From Pecten maximus (lineage: Eukaryota): DNA of 64,000 nt. The stretch is taken from contig NC_047027.1 in assembly GCF_902652985.1 (NCBI RefSeq), forward strand, positions 24,490,001 through 24,554,000, read 5' to 3'. Of the stretch, positions 62,877 through 64,000 are shown in pieces. Both the position numbers and the translations under genes were made by a program. The notes under the pieces are model-generated. The model ran no database searches. It was given only the letters and a program-made list of their open reading frames with translations, and was not told where the DNA came from. Numbering within the stretch: position 1 is the first letter of the stretch; every line of letters begins with the position of its first letter.

Positions 62877-64000
62877 AGGTCGGTTTTATTCGGTGATACA
62901 GAAGGCCAGTCGGTTATCGTGAAGAAGGCAGCGGTTATCGGGTAGACAAGGCATCGTTATTCGGTGATCAGAAGGCCAGTCGGTATCGTGTATACAGAAG
63001 TCAGCGTATCGGGTAACAGAGGTCAGTTATCGGTATACGAAGCCAGCGGTTATTGGGGATACAAAGGCCAGTCGGTTATCGTGATACGAAGGCCAGTCGT
63101 TTCGGGTGATACGAAGCGTCGGTTATGTAATACAGAGCACGTTATCGGTATCACAGAAGGAGTGTTTTGGATAGAGCGCGTTATCGGGTAATACAGAAGT
63201 CAGCGTATTCGGGTGATACAGAAGGCAGTCGGTTATTCGGGGATACAAAGCAGCGGTATTGGGTGATAAGAGGCGTCGTTATTCGGTGATACAGAAGGCC
63301 AGTCGGTTATTCGGGTGATACAGGGGGCCATCGTATCGTGTATAAGAAGGCAGCCGTTATCGGGAATACAGAGGCCAGTCGGTTATTGGGTGATACAAAG
63401 GCCGTCGTTTTGGTGATCAGAAGGCCAGTCGGTTATCGGTAATAAGAGGTCAGCGTTATCGGGGTATACAGAAGGCCAGCCGGTTATTGGTGTGGCATAC
63501 AGAAGGCCGTCGTTATTGGGTGATACAAAGCAGTCGGTTATTCGGGTGATAAGAAGGCCGTTTCGGGATACAAAGGCAGCCGTTTCGGTGTAAAGGCCAG
63601 CGGTTATTCGGTGATACAGAAGGCCAGCCTGTTATTGGGTGATACAGAAGGCCAGCGGTTATTTGGGTGATACAGAAGGCCAGTCGTTATTGGGGTGATA
63701 CAGAAGCCGTCGGTTATTGGGGTGTACAGAAGGTCAGCCGTTATCGGGTGATACAGAAGCCCGCCGGTTATTCGGGTATACAGAAGACCAGTCGGTTATC
63801 AGGGTAATACAGAAGGCAGTCGGATTCAGGGATCAGAAGGCCCGTGGGTAATAAGAAGGTCAGCGGTTCTTCGGGTGATACAGGCCAGCGGTTATTCGGG
63901 GATACAGAAGGCCAGTCGGTAATCAGTGTAATACAGAAGGTCAGCAGATTATCGGGGTAATACAGAAGGTCAGTCGATCATCGGTGTAATACAGAAGGCC
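62877..64000. repeat. ~29-30-bp satellite, indel-rich
   Basis: Unit ~GTGATACAGAAGGCCAGTCGGTTATTCGG repeated to the window end. Confidence 0.95.

Overview
AT-rich, intron-containing eukaryotic DNA with three N gaps. It is most likely a bivalve mollusc (scallop-like), inferred from the SINE/MITE families and a mollusc-type membrane-protein motif. Host genes, all on the minus strand: (1) a complete 6-exon secreted PAN-like + fibrinogen-C (FReD) gene, 17980->7065, 320 aa; (2) the terminal exon of a Thr-rich single-pass membrane protein (25793-26175); (3) a galactose-3-O-sulfotransferase pseudogene (41899-43159); (4) the last three exons of an SLC7A9-like amino-acid transporter (61798->49981). Mobile DNA dominates. 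It includes a decayed DDE+YqaJ (Kolobok-like) element, a mariner relic, a TSD-flanked L1/Tx1 3' fragment beside a FReD splice acceptor, and a full-length 8 kb Gypsy with near-identical LTRs, intact gag and broken pol. A complete 9.8 kb PIF/Harbinger (intact 4-exon transposase, damaged 8-exon Myb/SANT partner) lies in an SLC7 intron, and there are many SINEs, MITEs and minisatellites. The 5' end of the FReD locus is repeated in inverted orientation (26949-37295), carrying the Gypsy and lacking the ATG exon; this is either a real duplication or a mis-scaffolded haplotype. I found no unambiguous wholly new system. The best leads are the gag-intact/pol-dead young Gypsy with a chromodomain-like integrase tail, the intron-rich Harbinger, and the structural remodelling around the FReD gene. 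All exon models were spliced and translated by eye, and family names come from motif recall, not database searches.
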